Shown piece after piece: positions 62,036 through 64,000 of a stretch of 64,000 nt of DNA. Origin of the DNA: Carcharhinus amblyrhynchos (Eukaryota). The notes beneath the pieces are model-generated. The model was not told the DNA's origin. It searched no databases and saw only the letters and a program-made list of their open reading frames with translations. The translations under genes and the position numbers were made by a program. The stretch spans positions 65,472,001 through 65,536,000 of the forward strand of contig OZ336874.1 in NCBI GenBank assembly GCA_965287045.1. The letters run 5' to 3'. How positions within the stretch are numbered: the first letter of the stretch is position 1; each line of letters starts with the position of its first letter.

Positions 62036-62084
62036 GGTTGCTTTTCATTTTGAGTTTAATTTTCGTAGATTTTTGATTCAGATG

Positions 62085-62242
62085 AATTCTTGTGATACAG
62101 ATCAATAGACTCTTGTAGGTAAGGATGTCAGGGATGTGGGACAAAAGATGGAGTTATGAAGCTGCGCTACAGATTTGGCATGATGTAACTGAATGATGGA
62201 GCAGGCTGGAGGGACTCAGAGGCCTACTCCTGTTCCTATATT
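62085..62242 (+). mobile_element. CR1/HER1 3' fragment
   Basis: gaatgatggagcaggctggagggactcagaggcctactcctgttcctat matches the tail at 13140-13200. Confidence 0.65.
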
Positions 62243-62742
62243 TTAACAAATCTAAGAACATTTTTTGCCATGACTGAACAGCACTTCAAATCTTATATAA
62301 ATGAATGTTTGTCACAGTAAAAATAGGCTTGTGCTGTGCAAAACCCCCTTCCACAACCCCCTGTGAGAAACTCAATGGTTTCTGCAACTTTAATTGTGCT
62401 CATGTGTTTTTCATACCTAGGAATCAGTGAGGAGGCCCATTCAGAACACACACACATCAAAGCAATCTGCTAAGTGCTGGCTAGCTTTCAGAATAATCCT
62501 CCCTTTCCTCGTTTCAACTTTGTACAAGGAACCTCTTCTTTCTCGAGACCTGATGCACATTTCCGATTCGGTATTCATGGTGTTTGAATGGCGGTGCTGT
62601 AATACTTCAGGAAGTCCACAGCAGTTAAAGAACACACATAATAATTCCTCTCCTAGGAGCCTCATGTGATTTGCTTCCTCATAACAGTCCTCTTAAATTT
62701 ATTAGTAAAAATTTGTAGCTCCAATTTTGGTGAATGAAAGAG

Positions 62743-62845
62743 TTTGCATTTGTACAGGGCCTTTCATGACCTCAGGAGATCCAAAAGCATTTCACAGCCA
62801 ATTAAATACATTTGAAGTGTAGACGCTACTGTGATGTAGGAAAAT
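62743..62845 (-). mobile_element. Deu-SINE/L2-type tail fragment
   Basis: cctttcatgacctcaggagatccaaaagcatttcacagccaattaaatacatttgaagtgtag is reverse-complement similar to 9062-9130. Confidence 0.6.
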
Positions 62846-64000
62846 AAATATTAGGGTGCAAATATTAAACACTTAACATTTAACTTTACAATAAGTTTTG
62901 ATAATAATACGTTCTAGTCTGGTCTCCTTTTAAAGGCACATCCATTAAAGTGACATTTTAGAAAGAATTTTAGTGGTCTTTACAAACATATAATTTTTCA
63001 AATGAAATTAGAAATGCAACTCATTAGTAGGAAAAAACCTCAATAGCAACTCTGGTCTCACAGATCTTGGGAGGTCACTATAAGTTCGTCCAAAAAGTTC
63101 TCAGCAGTCAAAGGCCACCAGCTCATTCACCCCCTCTGAAAGAGCTCTGGTCACACTATTCAAAGTTACAAAGCATTAAGTAGACTGAAGAGTTTTTTGT
63201 TCTGCAGGGACTCGTGCTAGTTTGTGGTACCATTCACCAGCCAACCCCCTTCTTGCAGAGTTTTGAGTCAGCTTTTTAAACCGCTCACATTCAAACAAAT
63301 CTGTCCTTTCTTCATTAATGACTGCTTACCACTTACAGTCCTTTGCCACAGACTGTAACAGACAATTGATAGCAACATACAAAGAACAGGAAGGTATATG
63401 TATGTTTCCACTCAACTAATCAGCGGGAACAAAAACAAGCATAAAAGACCCAATAGAAAATGCTTTTCTGGCCGCAACTTATTTTCAGTACCATTCCTTT
63501 CTATTTATTAGTCTAATGTGACAGTAAAAATAGTTGCTAGCATTAATGGTACGTCAAGTCATTGGTGAGCGCAATTCTCAGCTGTGAAATGTATCACTGC
63601 ATCATTTTCAAAAGGTGACAAATTCCTCCCTGATATTAGCAGGCCTTATGAGGACTCTCAAGCCTGTACTTGCAGCCTGTTTTCTACAGTCAATGATCAG
63701 TGCTACTTAGAAGACTCCAGTGTGGTGTATGAAACAGGATTGGCTTTCCAGCTGTGCTTTATATTCCTGTACTGTACTTTATCAATTCAATCAATTAATC
63801 CAGCTGATGATTGTTCACTTCATTAATGTCTTAGCTCAAGCCAGTGAAATGCACAATTCTATTTTGTGGACTGGGTACATGGAATTGGTGAAGGATTGGG
63901 TGCTGACAAGCCTTTATTAGGTAACCCTATATTGGAAGGATTTTGCAAACTCCTAGGAGTGGTTACTAGCCTTGCCAAGTCTACTTAAGTCAGACATGTT

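Larger units (their letters stand above)
43466..64000 (-). other. ZNF608: ZNF608 intron upstream of the exon (partial)
   Basis: Ends at the AG acceptor at 43467-43466. No ORF resembling the long Ser/Gly/Lys-rich first coding exon is visible, so it probably lies beyond 64000. Confidence 0.7.

Overview
Eukaryotic (vertebrate) genomic DNA, almost certainly a shark or other elasmobranch, judged from the HE1-type V-SINEs with HER1/CR1 tails, Deu-type SINE fragments, Rex1/Babar and CR1/L2 LINE remnants, Penelope-derived elements and GC-rich MITEs. The window lies inside one minus-strand gene. The only well-supported coding sequence is a 253-nt internal exon at 43213-43465 (-) with AG/GT sites, encoding [13 protein letters not shown]...[26 protein letters not shown](G), which I recognise as ZNF608 (brakeless/scribbler family). 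Everything else appears to be its flanking introns: repeats alternating with long AT-rich repeat-free blocks that may hold conserved non-coding elements. There is a 133-N assembly gap at 54814-54946. Almost all other listed ORFs are chance or repeat-derived. Most interesting leads: (1) the exon is bracketed by inverted SINEs, and circularising it would create a stop codon closing a 68-aa ORF; (2) a 163-bp Penelope palindrome with a minimal hammerhead-ribozyme core in each arm; (3) a 258-bp non-autonomous Rex1-tailed retroposon with a YY1-type head and TSD; (4) one SINE head carrying two unrelated 3' tails. Repeat family names come from recognition, not from a database search, and repeat boundaries are approximate. 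No prokaryote-type system, CRISPR array, rRNA or genuine tRNA gene is supported.
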